From: an uncultured virus (IMG/VR IMGVR_UViG_3300027628_000015)
Lineage: Duplodnaviria; Heunggongvirae; Uroviricota; Caudoviricetes; Herelleviridae
DNA length: 64,000 nucleotides
Virus record (IMG/VR): IMGVR_UViG_3300027628_000015
Reading direction: 5' to 3' (one strand)
Part shown: positions 9,211 through 17,924 of the stretch, piece by piece
Layout: every line of letters starts with the position of its first letter
How positions within the stretch are numbered: the stretch's first letter is position 1
The notes under the pieces: model-generated
What the model saw: the letters and a program-made list of their open reading frames with translations, nothing else
Database searches by the model: none
Told to the model about the DNA's origin: nothing
Made by a program: the position numbers and the translations under genes

Positions 9211-9393
9211 ATGAACTTTACAGCTCAGAATACACAACTAGATGCAAAGCTTCAGGAAGGGTTAGCAATGTATATGCAAATCGGTTCTTATGAAAGTAAG
9301 ATCAATAAATATGCTAACCCTTATAATCCTAATCATTGGGATAAGTACACTCGGTTAAAACGTAAAATCCTACAGTGGCAGCAGACAATATAA
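9211..9393 (+). CDS. hypothetical protein
   Basis: RBS AAGGAGG. Confidence 0.75.
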   Translation: MNFTAQNTQLDAKLQEGLAMYMQIGSYESKINKYANPYNPNHWDKYTRLKRKILQWQQTI

Positions 9394-9410
9394 AATAGGA
9401 GATGTTGAAA

Positions 9411-9581
9411 TTGGCACCAAATGATAACCGCTTTGAAGGGCTTAGCAAAAAACAACTAGATAAGGAGCTAAGCTTTTACAAGCATTGGTATACGCAAACG
9501 ATCTGTAGAAACACTCGAGCATACATTAGATCACGTATACAGGAGCTAGAACAGCTTATTATTCAAAAGGAGGAGAAGTAA
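9411..9581 (+). CDS. small hypothetical protein (56 aa, not in ORF track)
   Basis: TTG start after AGGAG, ends EEK-stop. Confidence 0.65.
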   Translation: MAPNDNRFEGLSKKQLDKELSFYKHWYTQTICRNTRAYIRSRIQELEQLIIQKEEK

Positions 9582-9770
9582 ATGGATGGACATACGATTC
9601 TATTAGTAACAGCGGTCGGAGGGATACTTGCAATAGCTCTCCGAGTTACATATCTTATAGGCTATCGAGATGGGTCAGACGATGCAGCAAATGCAATACT
9701 GGATAAAATGGAAGAAACATTTGACCTACCTAAAGGAGATAGAGTAGGGAAACGAGGAGGAAGAAAATAA
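9582..9770 (+). CDS. small membrane protein
   Basis: N-terminal TM helix; RBS GGAGGAG. Confidence 0.75.
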   Translation: MDGHTILLVTAVGGILAIALRVTYLIGYRDGSDDAANAILDKMEETFDLPKGDRVGKRGGRK

Positions 9771-10213
9771 TGAATAACAAAGAAGCTAAAAAGAAATTGG
9801 ACGCAATATGCAATAAATATATAGGTAAGCATGAAGACGTTGATACATTAGTCTACGTTATGAAAGATGTACATGATCTACTTCAAGATAAAGTAGCTAT
9901 CGAGGATTGGACAGTATCTAAGTTAGATAGATATGGCTCAACAGTTATAGCAATAAGTGGGCATGGGGATTTAATGGCTATCTATTCTAATCATATGAAT
10001 GTTATCTATAAAATAGAGACGAATACGTTTATGTTTGATAAGTTATTCCCTGAAGATAAACTACCGCCAATTGAAGAAGCATTCAAGGAGTTGTTAAATA
10101 AATACACTAAGTTAGCTACTAAGCATATTTATGATACTTGCTTGTTTGATTCAGTAGAGGAATTAAATAAACTTAAGAAGGAATTGGAAGAGTACGAAAA
10201 ATATATCAATTAA
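9770..10213 (+). CDS. hypothetical protein
   Basis: RBS GAGGAGG; N-terminal similarity to 10466..11017. Confidence 0.8.
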   Translation: MNNKEAKKKLDAICNKYIGKHEDVDTLVYVMKDVHDLLQDKVAIEDWTVSKLDRYGSTVIAISGHGDLMAIYSNHMNVIYKIETNTFMFDKLFPEDKLPPIEEAFKELLNKYTKLATKHIYDTCLFDSVEELNKLKKELEEYEKYIN

Positions 10214-10216
10214 GGG

Positions 10217-10245
10217 TTGACGTAAAGTCAACTATTTGCTATACT
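10217..10245 (+). promoter_or_regulatory. early promoter with palindrome
   Basis: TTGACG-17-TATACT; GTTGACGTAAAGTCAAC. Confidence 0.85.
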
Positions 10246-10272
10246 AGATTTATAGACAAGGAGGGGAGAGCA

Positions 10273-10464
10273 TTGGAACCATACAATATAATGGGAGTAT
10301 ATATGGTTTACATGACCCGAACAAAGAATGGGTTTCACGGTCACTACGATAATCTTAAAACAAATATCCGTTACACATTCGATGCTCCGGGAAGAACAAA
10401 GAAACAGATCATTAAAACATTCTGGGATGCAGCTAAAAATTATAATAAACAGGAGGTAAGTTAA
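10273..10464 (+). CDS. hypothetical protein
   Basis: TTG after AAGGAGGGG. Confidence 0.7.
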   Translation: MEPYNIMGVYMVYMTRTKNGFHGHYDNLKTNIRYTFDAPGRTKKQIIKTFWDAAKNYNKQEVS

Positions 10465-10465
10465 T

Positions 10466-11017
10466 ATGAATTATGATCAAGCGATAAAGACGGTAATAAG
10501 AATTTCAGATCAGTATAGAAAAAAGATGTCTACGCTTAAAAATGTTAAACCTATGATGCGTGAGCTAAAAGAAGAGTTAGCAGGTATAGTAGACTTAAGT
10601 GGCTGGATATTTACTCACAATATTGTAATGACTAAAGGGTGGGTTAAAAGCGTTAAAGGTGATACACTATTTGAGTTCGAGAAGCAGGAAGACAACCACT
10701 TTAAGATTATCCTTGTATTTAAAGGTTGGGACGCTATCTTACCTACAGACGAACAGTTATTTAAGATTACAGCTAAGCAGCATACACTTAATGTTCTCAA
10801 GAAAGTTACAGAGGCAATCGAAAATGAAGACTGGAAGGCGTTAGAGCAATTAACTGAGCGATCAGCTGCTGGAGATGGATATGGAGACGATAACATCTAT
10901 ATAGATTTTACTCCACATACAGACTCGGACCACTGGAATGAGCGTTATGATATATCCGATATGGAGTCTATGATACGTAACGGATATGAATTTAACGTAA
11001 CAGAGGAGGAAAAGTAA
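10466..11017 (+). CDS. hypothetical protein
   Basis: RBS AGGAGG. Confidence 0.8.
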   Translation: MNYDQAIKTVIRISDQYRKKMSTLKNVKPMMRELKEELAGIVDLSGWIFTHNIVMTKGWVKSVKGDTLFEFEKQEDNHFKIILVFKGWDAILPTDEQLFKITAKQHTLNVLKKVTEAIENEDWKALEQLTERSAAGDGYGDDNIYIDFTPHTDSDHWNERYDISDMESMIRNGYEFNVTEEEK

Positions 11018-11320
11018 ATGGCTAAACATTACAATACGATAAATGAGGCGGTATACGCTTTAAATAATATACTAGACGTGTTCGTTGATCGTTTCTGTAC
11101 ATTTGAAAATGGTTGTGAGATTGTATCTGATATTACAGCGTACACTCCATTCGATACGTCTGATTGGGGAGTGTACCACGAAGATGGAGTACTTACTTTC
11201 TATAATAATGATGCAGAAGTAGTTATGCAGGTATTTGGGGATAACAACAACAGAATCTACAACTGGAAATTTTCTATATCCACTATCCAAAATATGACCG
11301 GCTTAAAGGAGGAAGAGTAG
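11018..11320 (+). CDS. hypothetical protein
   Basis: GAGGAGGAAAAGTAAATG junction. Confidence 0.8.
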   Translation: MAKHYNTINEAVYALNNILDVFVDRFCTFENGCEIVSDITAYTPFDTSDWGVYHEDGVLTFYNNDAEVVMQVFGDNNNRIYNWKFSISTIQNMTGLKEEE

Positions 11321-11542
11321 ATGACTACATGTAAAGATAAATGTCCATTCTTCAAACGTAAAGTACAAGGGACTGATTGGTACGGCTTTAAATGTACAGC
11401 TAACTTCGCTCATGGAGAAACTATGGGGCGTATAGGTGAATGGTCTAAGGAAAAGAGAGACAAAATTCTTGAAGAGAAGTGTCATGGAGATTACCAAAAC
11501 TGCCGCACATTTCAGCATGTTACTACTAAGGAGGAAAAATAA
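11321..11542 (+). CDS. small Cys-rich protein
   Basis: CPFF...C...C...C; junction motif. Confidence 0.75.
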   Translation: MTTCKDKCPFFKRKVQGTDWYGFKCTANFAHGETMGRIGEWSKEKRDKILEEKCHGDYQNCRTFQHVTTKEEK

Positions 11543-11740
11543 ATGGCTTATGAAAACATTAATCAATTAGTTGAAATGCTTAACTTATTTAATTCTGGTA
11601 ACCGTATGATGACTTATAAAGAGATAAACATGCTGGATGACTTGTTAACGGATGCTAGAGCTGATCTAGAGAATCTAAGACGAGCAAATAAAATCCAGAA
11701 TGATGCAATCAATAAGTTTTATGCTCGAAGAAATGATTAG
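11543..11740 (+). CDS. hypothetical coiled-coil protein
   Basis: junction motif. Confidence 0.75.
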   Translation: MAYENINQLVEMLNLFNSGNRMMTYKEINMLDDLLTDARADLENLRRANKIQNDAINKFYARRND

Positions 11741-11761
11741 TTAATATAAGGAGGGGAAGGA

Positions 11762-13123
11762 ATGCCATACGCACAAACTAACCTGCCACCTCCGCTTTCA
11801 ACTACAGAGAACTATCAACTACTTAAACTACTACAAGCGGACCCGGAGGATGATGAGGTAAGAGGTAAACTTATAGAAGGAAACATACGGCTAGTTATTC
11901 ATATCGCTAATAAGTTCTTCAATATAGGTACAGTTGACGAACTTACTAGTATAGGTACGATAGGATTAATCAAAGCCGCTAACAGCTTCAACTTAGATAA
12001 GAAAGTAAAGTTTGCTACATACGCCAGCACTTGTATTACTAACGAGATACTTATGTATGCAAGGAAAACAAATAAAGACCGGGTAGTTACGTCTCTGGAT
12101 ACTGTTCTCTCCTCTGATATGGACGGAGGAGAGCTTACCTTAATGGATGTGATATCTGATGAAACTATAGAAGACTTCTCCACTTCTTTCGTAGAACATG
12201 ATAACATGGAAGATGTAAAGGAGGCAATAGCTCAATTACCTGAACAGCAGCAAGAGGTACTTAAACTATACTACTCTGGAGAGCTTACCCAGACAGAAGT
12301 AGGTAAAGAACTAGGATTCAGTCAATCATATATGTCTAGGCTCCGTAATAGAGCCTTGAAAAGCGTTAGAAAGATTATTGATAAGAAGTATAAAGGTGAT
12401 GTAGTAACAGCTCATCACGTACCTAATAGAAGTATTAAAAGGGAGGAAAAGGAAATGGCAAAAGATAATAAAATTAAAAGTGTATATAGAAATGTAGAGG
12501 TTAAAACTATAGCGGAGCAAAAAGCAGTAGACTTACTTAAAGATACTCGAGATAATTATAAAGATGTAAGTGCAAAAACAGGTGTTAGCTACGCTAGAGT
12601 AGTAACGCTAGGTAAAGATTCCCGTTCTGAGTCTCTTCGTAAAGAATTAAAAGCTGAGCAGGTTAGATTAAATAGATTGAAAGCAAACAATAACAATAAA
12701 GTAAATAAATCTACAAATATAGTAGCACACCAGCCCGAGCTAACTAAAACTCCATCCGAAACATTAGGTAAATCTATATCTCATAAGGTAGAAGAGCAAC
12801 TGGCTAACAATCTTGGCGGCTCGATACAGCCTGTTTCTAGTGCTACGGCTGAAGTAGAAGGGATTAATTTTATTAATTTATCTGAAGAGACTAGAAAGAA
12901 ATGGTTTAAGAGTGCTGAGCCATCTATAGGAGCTCCACAGTATTCAGAAGAGTCGAAGAAAGGTGTTATTAAGCGATCATGCTTTATCGATGCTGCTACT
13001 AAAGGTGAGGCTGTATCAGTTAAAGACTTCTTGGATGAATTAAAGCGTGTAGGTGCTGTAGTAGACCCAGATATCGATGCAGAAGTTACATTCGAAATAA
13101 AAATTAAAGCAGTTCAAAAATAA
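11762..13123 (+). CDS. sporulation SigE/SigK-like sigma-70 factor with ~220-aa C-terminal extension
   Basis: LPPPLS; LIEGNIRLVIHIANKF; SIGTIGLIKA; ATYASTCITNEILMY; TQTEVGKELGFSQSYMSRL. Confidence 0.9.
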   Translation: MPYAQTNLPPPLSTTENYQLLKLLQADPEDDEVRGKLIEGNIRLVIHIANKFFNIGTVDELTSIGTIGLIKAANSFNLDKKVKFATYASTCITNEILMYARKTNKDRVVTSLDTVLSSDMDGGELTLMDVISDETIEDFSTSFVEHDNMEDVKEAIAQLPEQQQEVLKLYYSGELTQTEVGKELGFSQSYMSRLRNRALKSVRKIIDKKYKGDVVTAHHVPNRSIKREEKEMAKDNKIKSVYRNVEVKTIAEQKAVDLLKDTRDNYKDVSAKTGVSYARVVTLGKDSRSESLRKELKAEQVRLNRLKANNNNKVNKSTNIVAHQPELTKTPSETLGKSISHKVEEQLANNLGGSIQPVSSATAEVEGINFINLSEETRKKWFKSAEPSIGAPQYSEESKKGVIKRSCFIDAATKGEAVSVKDFLDELKRVGAVVDPDIDAEVTFEIKIKAVQK

Positions 13124-13135
13124 TTAAAAACAGGG

Positions 13136-13164
13136 TTGACTTTTTGTCAACCTTCCTCTATACT
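13136..13164 (+). promoter_or_regulatory. early promoter with palindrome
   Basis: TTGACT-17-TATACT; GGTTGACTTTTTGTCAACC. Confidence 0.85.
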
Positions 13165-13193
13165 TAAGATATACCAAACGAGGAGGAAAGTAA

Positions 13194-13439
13194 ATGAGTA
13201 TAAGATACGATTTTAGTGGTAATCCGCTTCCTTTAACTAAACTGATCGATGAGATTGATTGGGCAGGCGTTCCCTTCGAAGTAGCATTTAACTCTTGGGT
13301 CCATCATAATAGACATATGAAATGGGAGAGTAAGGATGGGTCAGAACGTAAACTATATCGTACAGACAGACCAGTATGGTTCCACAAAGAGCATGTGCAG
13401 TCAGGTAATTGGTTTATAGAAATAAAGGAGGAAAAATAA
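13194..13439 (+). CDS. hypothetical protein
   Basis: RBS GAGGAGG. Confidence 0.75.
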   Translation: MSIRYDFSGNPLPLTKLIDEIDWAGVPFEVAFNSWVHHNRHMKWESKDGSERKLYRTDRPVWFHKEHVQSGNWFIEIKEEK

Positions 13440-13440
13440 C

Positions 13441-13704
13441 ATGAGTGTTAATGAACGTATGTTAAAGGATATAGAAACTACTTCATGTCTGTGCGGAGGT
13501 ACAGCTAAACGAAGACCTCAAAACATTACCCTAAGATGGAAGGGAAAGCATATTACTATAGAGGATGTCCCTTCCTACATATGTGAAAGAAATGATAAGC
13601 ATGTTAGGCTCAGCATTCAGGTAAAGAGATGTATGAGATCAATAATGAATGAAGCTTATCGTAATGGCTGGAACCGTGTAATGTATAGAGAGGTGGAACT
13701 GTAA
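13441..13704 (+). CDS. YgiT/MqsA-type zinc-finger protein
   Basis: CLCGG...ITLRWKGKHITIEDVPSYIC pattern. Confidence 0.7.
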   Translation: MSVNERMLKDIETTSCLCGGTAKRRPQNITLRWKGKHITIEDVPSYICERNDKHVRLSIQVKRCMRSIMNEAYRNGWNRVMYREVEL

Positions 13705-13893
13705 ATGACTAGCCAACGTAAATATGTACGCTTAGATCATATTCAGGAACTATTAAAGCTTATTGGTACTCGAGACAGCTTTAATGATTGGACTTATGAG
13801 TATGACAAAGCTAATCAGAAAGTATCTAATACAGTAGCATTCATTAAACGTAATGCCAAAACACTTGATGAGCTTACTAAGGAGGAAAAATAA
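13705..13893 (+). CDS. hypothetical protein
   Basis: stop-start junction. Confidence 0.7.
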   Translation: MTSQRKYVRLDHIQELLKLIGTRDSFNDWTYEYDKANQKVSNTVAFIKRNAKTLDELTKEEK

Positions 13894-13894
13894 T

Positions 13895-14140
13895 ATGAAC
13901 AAAATTGAACAGTTTGCAGATGCAATCGCTACGTTAACAAGAGAAGCAGGGTCCAAAGAAGAAGCAGCATTAGCTATTATGAGTTATCTAGCTGGTAATT
14001 ATTACGTGTTAGATGTAGATTATATAGTTGACGATGACGATTTTTTCTATAATAATGATATCTTCCATGAAGACAATGAAACAACAGAACATCTTGAAGA
14101 GGCATTAGGCAGTAAGCCCGATTATAAGGAAGAAGAGTAA
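13895..14140 (+). CDS. hypothetical protein (paralog of next)
   Basis: SKEEA...YL.GNYY..DV...FHED shared with 14141..14365. Confidence 0.8.
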   Translation: MNKIEQFADAIATLTREAGSKEEAALAIMSYLAGNYYVLDVDYIVDDDDFFYNNDIFHEDNETTEHLEEALGSKPDYKEEE

Positions 14141-14365
14141 ATGGAAAGAAGTACAGTTGTAGTAGAAGAGATTGCTGAAATAACTAAAGCAGCCAATTCC
14201 AAAGAAGAAGCAATGTTACAGGTCATTAAATATCTATCAGGTAACTACTACCTGATAGACGTATTCTCTGTAAAGAGAGAACATGGAGCTCGTTTTCATG
14301 TAATGGATGAGTTCCACGAAGATACAATGCCTACACTATCTGAATTACTCGAGGAGGAAGAGTAA
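14141..14365 (+). CDS. hypothetical protein (paralog of previous)
   Basis: same shared motif. Confidence 0.8.
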   Translation: MERSTVVVEEIAEITKAANSKEEAMLQVIKYLSGNYYLIDVFSVKREHGARFHVMDEFHEDTMPTLSELLEEEE

Positions 14366-14677
14366 ATGAGAAAAGAATATTCATTCACCGAAGAGTCAAT
14401 AGTCATTAAAACTCCAAGAGGTTACCTATATGATGTATGGGAACACCTTAATGATGAACAAGAGAACTTTGAATTTACAGATGACATTCGCTATGCTCAA
14501 AAGTTCTACCCACACCTAAGAGTTACTAAAGCCCCTAAGTACTTATATCATTTAGAGACAGGAGCTTCAATAGATACAATCGAAGAAGCGGCAGCATACC
14601 TAAATGGAAAACTACAAAAGCTCACAATGACCCAAACAAGAGTATATGAAGTTACAGACACAGAGGAGGGAAAGTAA
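14366..14677 (+). CDS. hypothetical protein
   Basis: junction motif. Confidence 0.75.
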   Translation: MRKEYSFTEESIVIKTPRGYLYDVWEHLNDEQENFEFTDDIRYAQKFYPHLRVTKAPKYLYHLETGASIDTIEEAAAYLNGKLQKLTMTQTRVYEVTDTEEGK

Positions 14678-14899
14678 ATGAGTAAAAAAGTATTGAATGG
14701 TCAAAGTCTAGATCATGTATCAGCAATTATCGATGGACTGTTAGATAGAGTCCGTGAGTTTAAGGTAGGAAAAGATGGAGTAACATCTATTCAGGTATTT
14801 ACCAATAACCCTAACTACCCATTTGTACTACATGTTACACGTAATGGAGAAAAGTATAAGTATCATTCACCGGCAATTCGTATAAAGGAGGGAAAGTAA
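14678..14899 (+). CDS. hypothetical protein
   Basis: junction motif. Confidence 0.75.
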   Translation: MSKKVLNGQSLDHVSAIIDGLLDRVREFKVGKDGVTSIQVFTNNPNYPFVLHVTRNGEKYKYHSPAIRIKEGK

Positions 14900-14900
14900 T

Positions 14901-15233
14901 ATGTTTAATAAAAATGATGTAACATTCGAACGTTTCCTATACTTTATAAGAGTATATATAGCAGATACTATTAGTCAGCTTGAGGAGGAATCCAAAGAGT
15001 GTAACAGAAAAGCTAAAAAGCTGAAAGAAAAGGCAGATAAAGACTTAACCATTGAAGATATTGCAGATACTTTATTAAAAGACAGTGAAGCTACTGGAGG
15101 AATAGTACAGCTAGGGAAATTGTTAGCTCAAATTGAAAGTACTTTAGCAATGCACCCTCACCTATATAAGAAAATGAAAAAGGTAGTAGCTGAAGAAAAG
15201 AAGAAAGCAACATATAAGGAGGAAAGTAAATGA
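14901..15233 (+). CDS. hypothetical protein
   Basis: junction motif. Confidence 0.75.
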   Translation: MFNKNDVTFERFLYFIRVYIADTISQLEEESKECNRKAKKLKEKADKDLTIEDIADTLLKDSEATGGIVQLGKLLAQIESTLAMHPHLYKKMKKVVAEEKKKATYKEESK

Positions 15234-15541
15234 ATGAGGATATGGAAGATTTCAATAGTATAGGAACCACAACAGGAAGGCTTAGTTCAACAAAGCCAAA
15301 TATAGCAGGAACACCTAAAACCGAAACTAAAACATATTGGAGAGAAATATCATTCAGTACAGCTGTTAGTATATGGTCAGGTCGTAGAGTAACGATTAAA
15401 TGTGAAATTGAAGCAGATAACGGTTACGGAGAAAAAGAAAGGGTAGAGCTTATGTTTCCGGGTAACCTACCTTTAAATGGATTATCTCATACAATGGCAA
15501 ATCAAGGTAAATGGTATGCATTAGAAATGGAGGAAAAGTAA
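15230..15541 (+). CDS. hypothetical protein
   Basis: junction motif. Confidence 0.75.
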   Translation: MNEDMEDFNSIGTTTGRLSSTKPNIAGTPKTETKTYWREISFSTAVSIWSGRRVTIKCEIEADNGYGEKERVELMFPGNLPLNGLSHTMANQGKWYALEMEEK

Positions 15542-16120
15542 ATGAAAGCTATTTCATTCTCAATGTACTTAGACACATCTAAAAACATTCGATCAATTAG
15601 AGAGGACTTAGAAAAGGTAGGATTCAAAGAAGAAGCTACTAACACTAACTACCTAATTAAATATCCTCACCCTAGACTAATGAAGATATCTGAAATACCA
15701 TTAGAGATCGTAGCCTATGAGAAGTTCGGTTTCTTATATATGAATGTATCAGAAGCAAACCCTGAAATGGTACCAAGACGTTATGACTCATTAAAAGAAT
15801 TTGATGTATTCGATATGTTTATGTCCACTTCAATAGGTCCAATGATTACAGAACTAAACCTAGATGTAGCAGAGTTAAACATTAAGACATATACAGACTA
15901 TTCAGCTACACTACTACAGAACAAGTGGACTCCAGTAGAGAACGGTCTCATTAGAGATATGTATGAGTGTAAAGAAATAGAAGAGACCGTATACTTTAAT
16001 AAAACTCCTATAGGTAGTGATCGTGATATATGGGCGTATGTATGTACACCTAATGAACCTATGCCACTAGGAGAACATCTTAAGATATTAGATAGATCAG
16101 GCTTTGACTTAGCAGAATAA
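15542..16120 (+). CDS. hypothetical protein
   Basis: junction motif, 192 aa. Confidence 0.8.
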   Translation: MKAISFSMYLDTSKNIRSIREDLEKVGFKEEATNTNYLIKYPHPRLMKISEIPLEIVAYEKFGFLYMNVSEANPEMVPRRYDSLKEFDVFDMFMSTSIGPMITELNLDVAELNIKTYTDYSATLLQNKWTPVENGLIRDMYECKEIEETVYFNKTPIGSDRDIWAYVCTPNEPMPLGEHLKILDRSGFDLAE

Positions 16121-16135
16121 AAGGAGGAAAAGTAA

Positions 16136-16390
16136 ATGAATAAAGACTTAAATGTATCATGGACCACTATAGAATATATAGAGTATGCAGCAGGAAATAA
16201 TATAAGAGCCTTTGGCTTAGACACAAATACTCGTAAAGGTCCAGTAACTCGTATAGAAGTAAATGCTTCAGAAGATGTAAATGGATACCGTATCAGAATC
16301 TACACAGATAAGAATGAAGTTACTCCATATAAAACAATATTCACTAACTATGTAGAGATGACTCATTGCTATGATAAGGAGAAAAAGTAA
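16136..16390 (+). CDS. hypothetical protein
   Basis: AAGGAGGAAAAGTAAATG. Confidence 0.75.
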   Translation: MNKDLNVSWTTIEYIEYAAGNNIRAFGLDTNTRKGPVTRIEVNASEDVNGYRIRIYTDKNEVTPYKTIFTNYVEMTHCYDKEKK

Positions 16391-16537
16391 TTGTCAAGTA
16401 GTAAAGGAATCCCTATGAGTAAAGAGTGTATAGACTGTAAGCTACCTATACCACGTTATATATACTATGTAAATGATAAGTTGTGTCATAAGTGTAGATA
16501 TGAGAGAGCATGCCTTAAAAGAAGGGAAGGAAAGTAA
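16391..16537 (+). CDS. small zinc-finger-like protein (48 aa, not in ORF track)
   Basis: TTG directly after stop; CIDC...CHKC; ends EGK-stop. Confidence 0.6.
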   Translation: MSSSKGIPMSKECIDCKLPIPRYIYYVNDKLCHKCRYERACLKRREGK

Positions 16538-16750
16538 ATGAAAATGCTTATAGAATTAGATAAAGAAGATTTAGTAGCACTAGTAAAAGGTTCATCCCCT
16601 AACTCTAGTATAATGAGTCATCCTATTATTAAAGAGCATGGGACATTTAATGGTTCTCAAGATAGATGGGATTGGAACTATAAGCTGTCTAATCTTACTG
16701 AAGAACAGTTACTAACTATATATAGTATGTGTAAACAAAGTTGGAAGTAG
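16538..16750 (+). CDS. hypothetical protein
   Basis: junction motif. Confidence 0.75.
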   Translation: MKMLIELDKEDLVALVKGSSPNSSIMSHPIIKEHGTFNGSQDRWDWNYKLSNLTEEQLLTIYSMCKQSWK

Positions 16751-17070
16751 TAGCTCACCACACTATACACTAAACACTTTAACACACTAAAGCTAGGTAG
16801 ACAACAGTGAGCCCCGGGAATGCATCTCGACCCCTTGTCTACCTAGAGTATAATTGTCGCATCTTTCAGAATTGTTTGCCGCTGGGACACAATTCTAACA
16901 ATTCACACTATTCTAAATATTCTAATAATAGCCGCTAATTGTCTATATACTATAGGAAACGTCACAGACTTTAAAATATTCTATACTATATAGGCAATAT
17001 TTTTAAATAATGGGTTGACGTAAAGTCAATGGCATGGTATACTAGGTATATAGATAAGGAGGAGATATTA

Positions 17071-17361
17071 ATGAGTAAACGCTTAGCGATTTATAATAAG
17101 CACATGGAAGCGTATGAGACATTTGTTCAAGGAGTAGCGGAAGGCGTATATAAGATAGGTAACACATACAGTAGCTCCCTACAATTCAGCAAACAGTACC
17201 TAGGCAGTAACTACTCATACCTAATGAAGCAGGTAGGGAAGACTGAAAAGCAGTTGCACAAGGATGTTATAGCCGCTGTCAATAGCTATGTTATTACTAA
17301 CCTAGATGTTATGGTTTATGGTCAGAAAGTTCACCAGATCAATAAGTTGGTATTAAGTTAA
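17071..17361 (+). CDS. early hypothetical protein
   Basis: ATG after AAGGAGGAG. Confidence 0.8.
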   Translation: MSKRLAIYNKHMEAYETFVQGVAEGVYKIGNTYSSSLQFSKQYLGSNYSYLMKQVGKTEKQLHKDVIAAVNSYVITNLDVMVYGQKVHQINKLVLS

Positions 17362-17421
17362 AATAACGGTTGACTTTAAATCAACCACATGCTATACTTA
17401 GTATATAAGGAGGAGATAGTA

Positions 17422-17595
17422 ATGGCAAAGTTTGAGAAGGTATATGTGCTGCAAGTATTCAATGTAAATGGTGTATTGATCGGTGAAGATGACTGGAGCC
17501 GTATAGAGCCGGGTGAGTTAGCTATTGAAGAAGCACTCAGTAAGTATATACATGCGGAGTATGCAGTCATCGAGGAACGTTTCAGAAAACTATAA
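17422..17595 (+). CDS. early hypothetical protein
   Basis: ATG after AAGGAGGAG. Confidence 0.75.
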   Translation: MAKFEKVYVLQVFNVNGVLIGEDDWSRIEPGELAIEEALSKYIHAEYAVIEERFRKL

Positions 17596-17598
17596 GGA

Positions 17599-17796
17599 GT
17601 GATCATCATGTCAGAACAGCATAGAGCGTTCGATGAAATATATTATCTATTAGTAGCTCACGATATGAGCCCTACAGATGCCCAGATAACCGTTATAGAT
17701 TACTTTATGGGGCAAGCGGCTATCATGGCACAGGAAGAGCCCTCAGAGGGTGAAATGGAAGCTATACAGTTAGTCGAAGAATTGTTAGAAAATTAA
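17599..17796 (+). CDS. small acidic hypothetical protein
   Basis: RBS AAGGAG (start probably 17608). Confidence 0.7.
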   Translation: MIIMSEQHRAFDEIYYLLVAHDMSPTDAQITVIDYFMGQAAIMAQEEPSEGEMEAIQLVEELLEN

Positions 17797-17924
17797 TTAA
17801 AAGGTATTGACTTTACGTCAACCGCATGCTATAATTGTATTATAGATAAGGTTAGTAATTCCCGGTAAGTTACTATAGTAGCTCACTGGTTATATAAAAA
17901 CACAAATTGGGGAGGAACATTATT

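Noticed and set aside
13441..13704. MqsRA-type toxin-antitoxin pair
   Set aside because: Only the zinc-finger part is present; no HTH and no recognisable toxin neighbour
15260..15320. GTTTGRLSSTKPNI resembling a family A DNA polymerase motif
   Set aside because: Isolated 14-residue stretch in a 103-aa ORF with no other polymerase motifs; at most a relic
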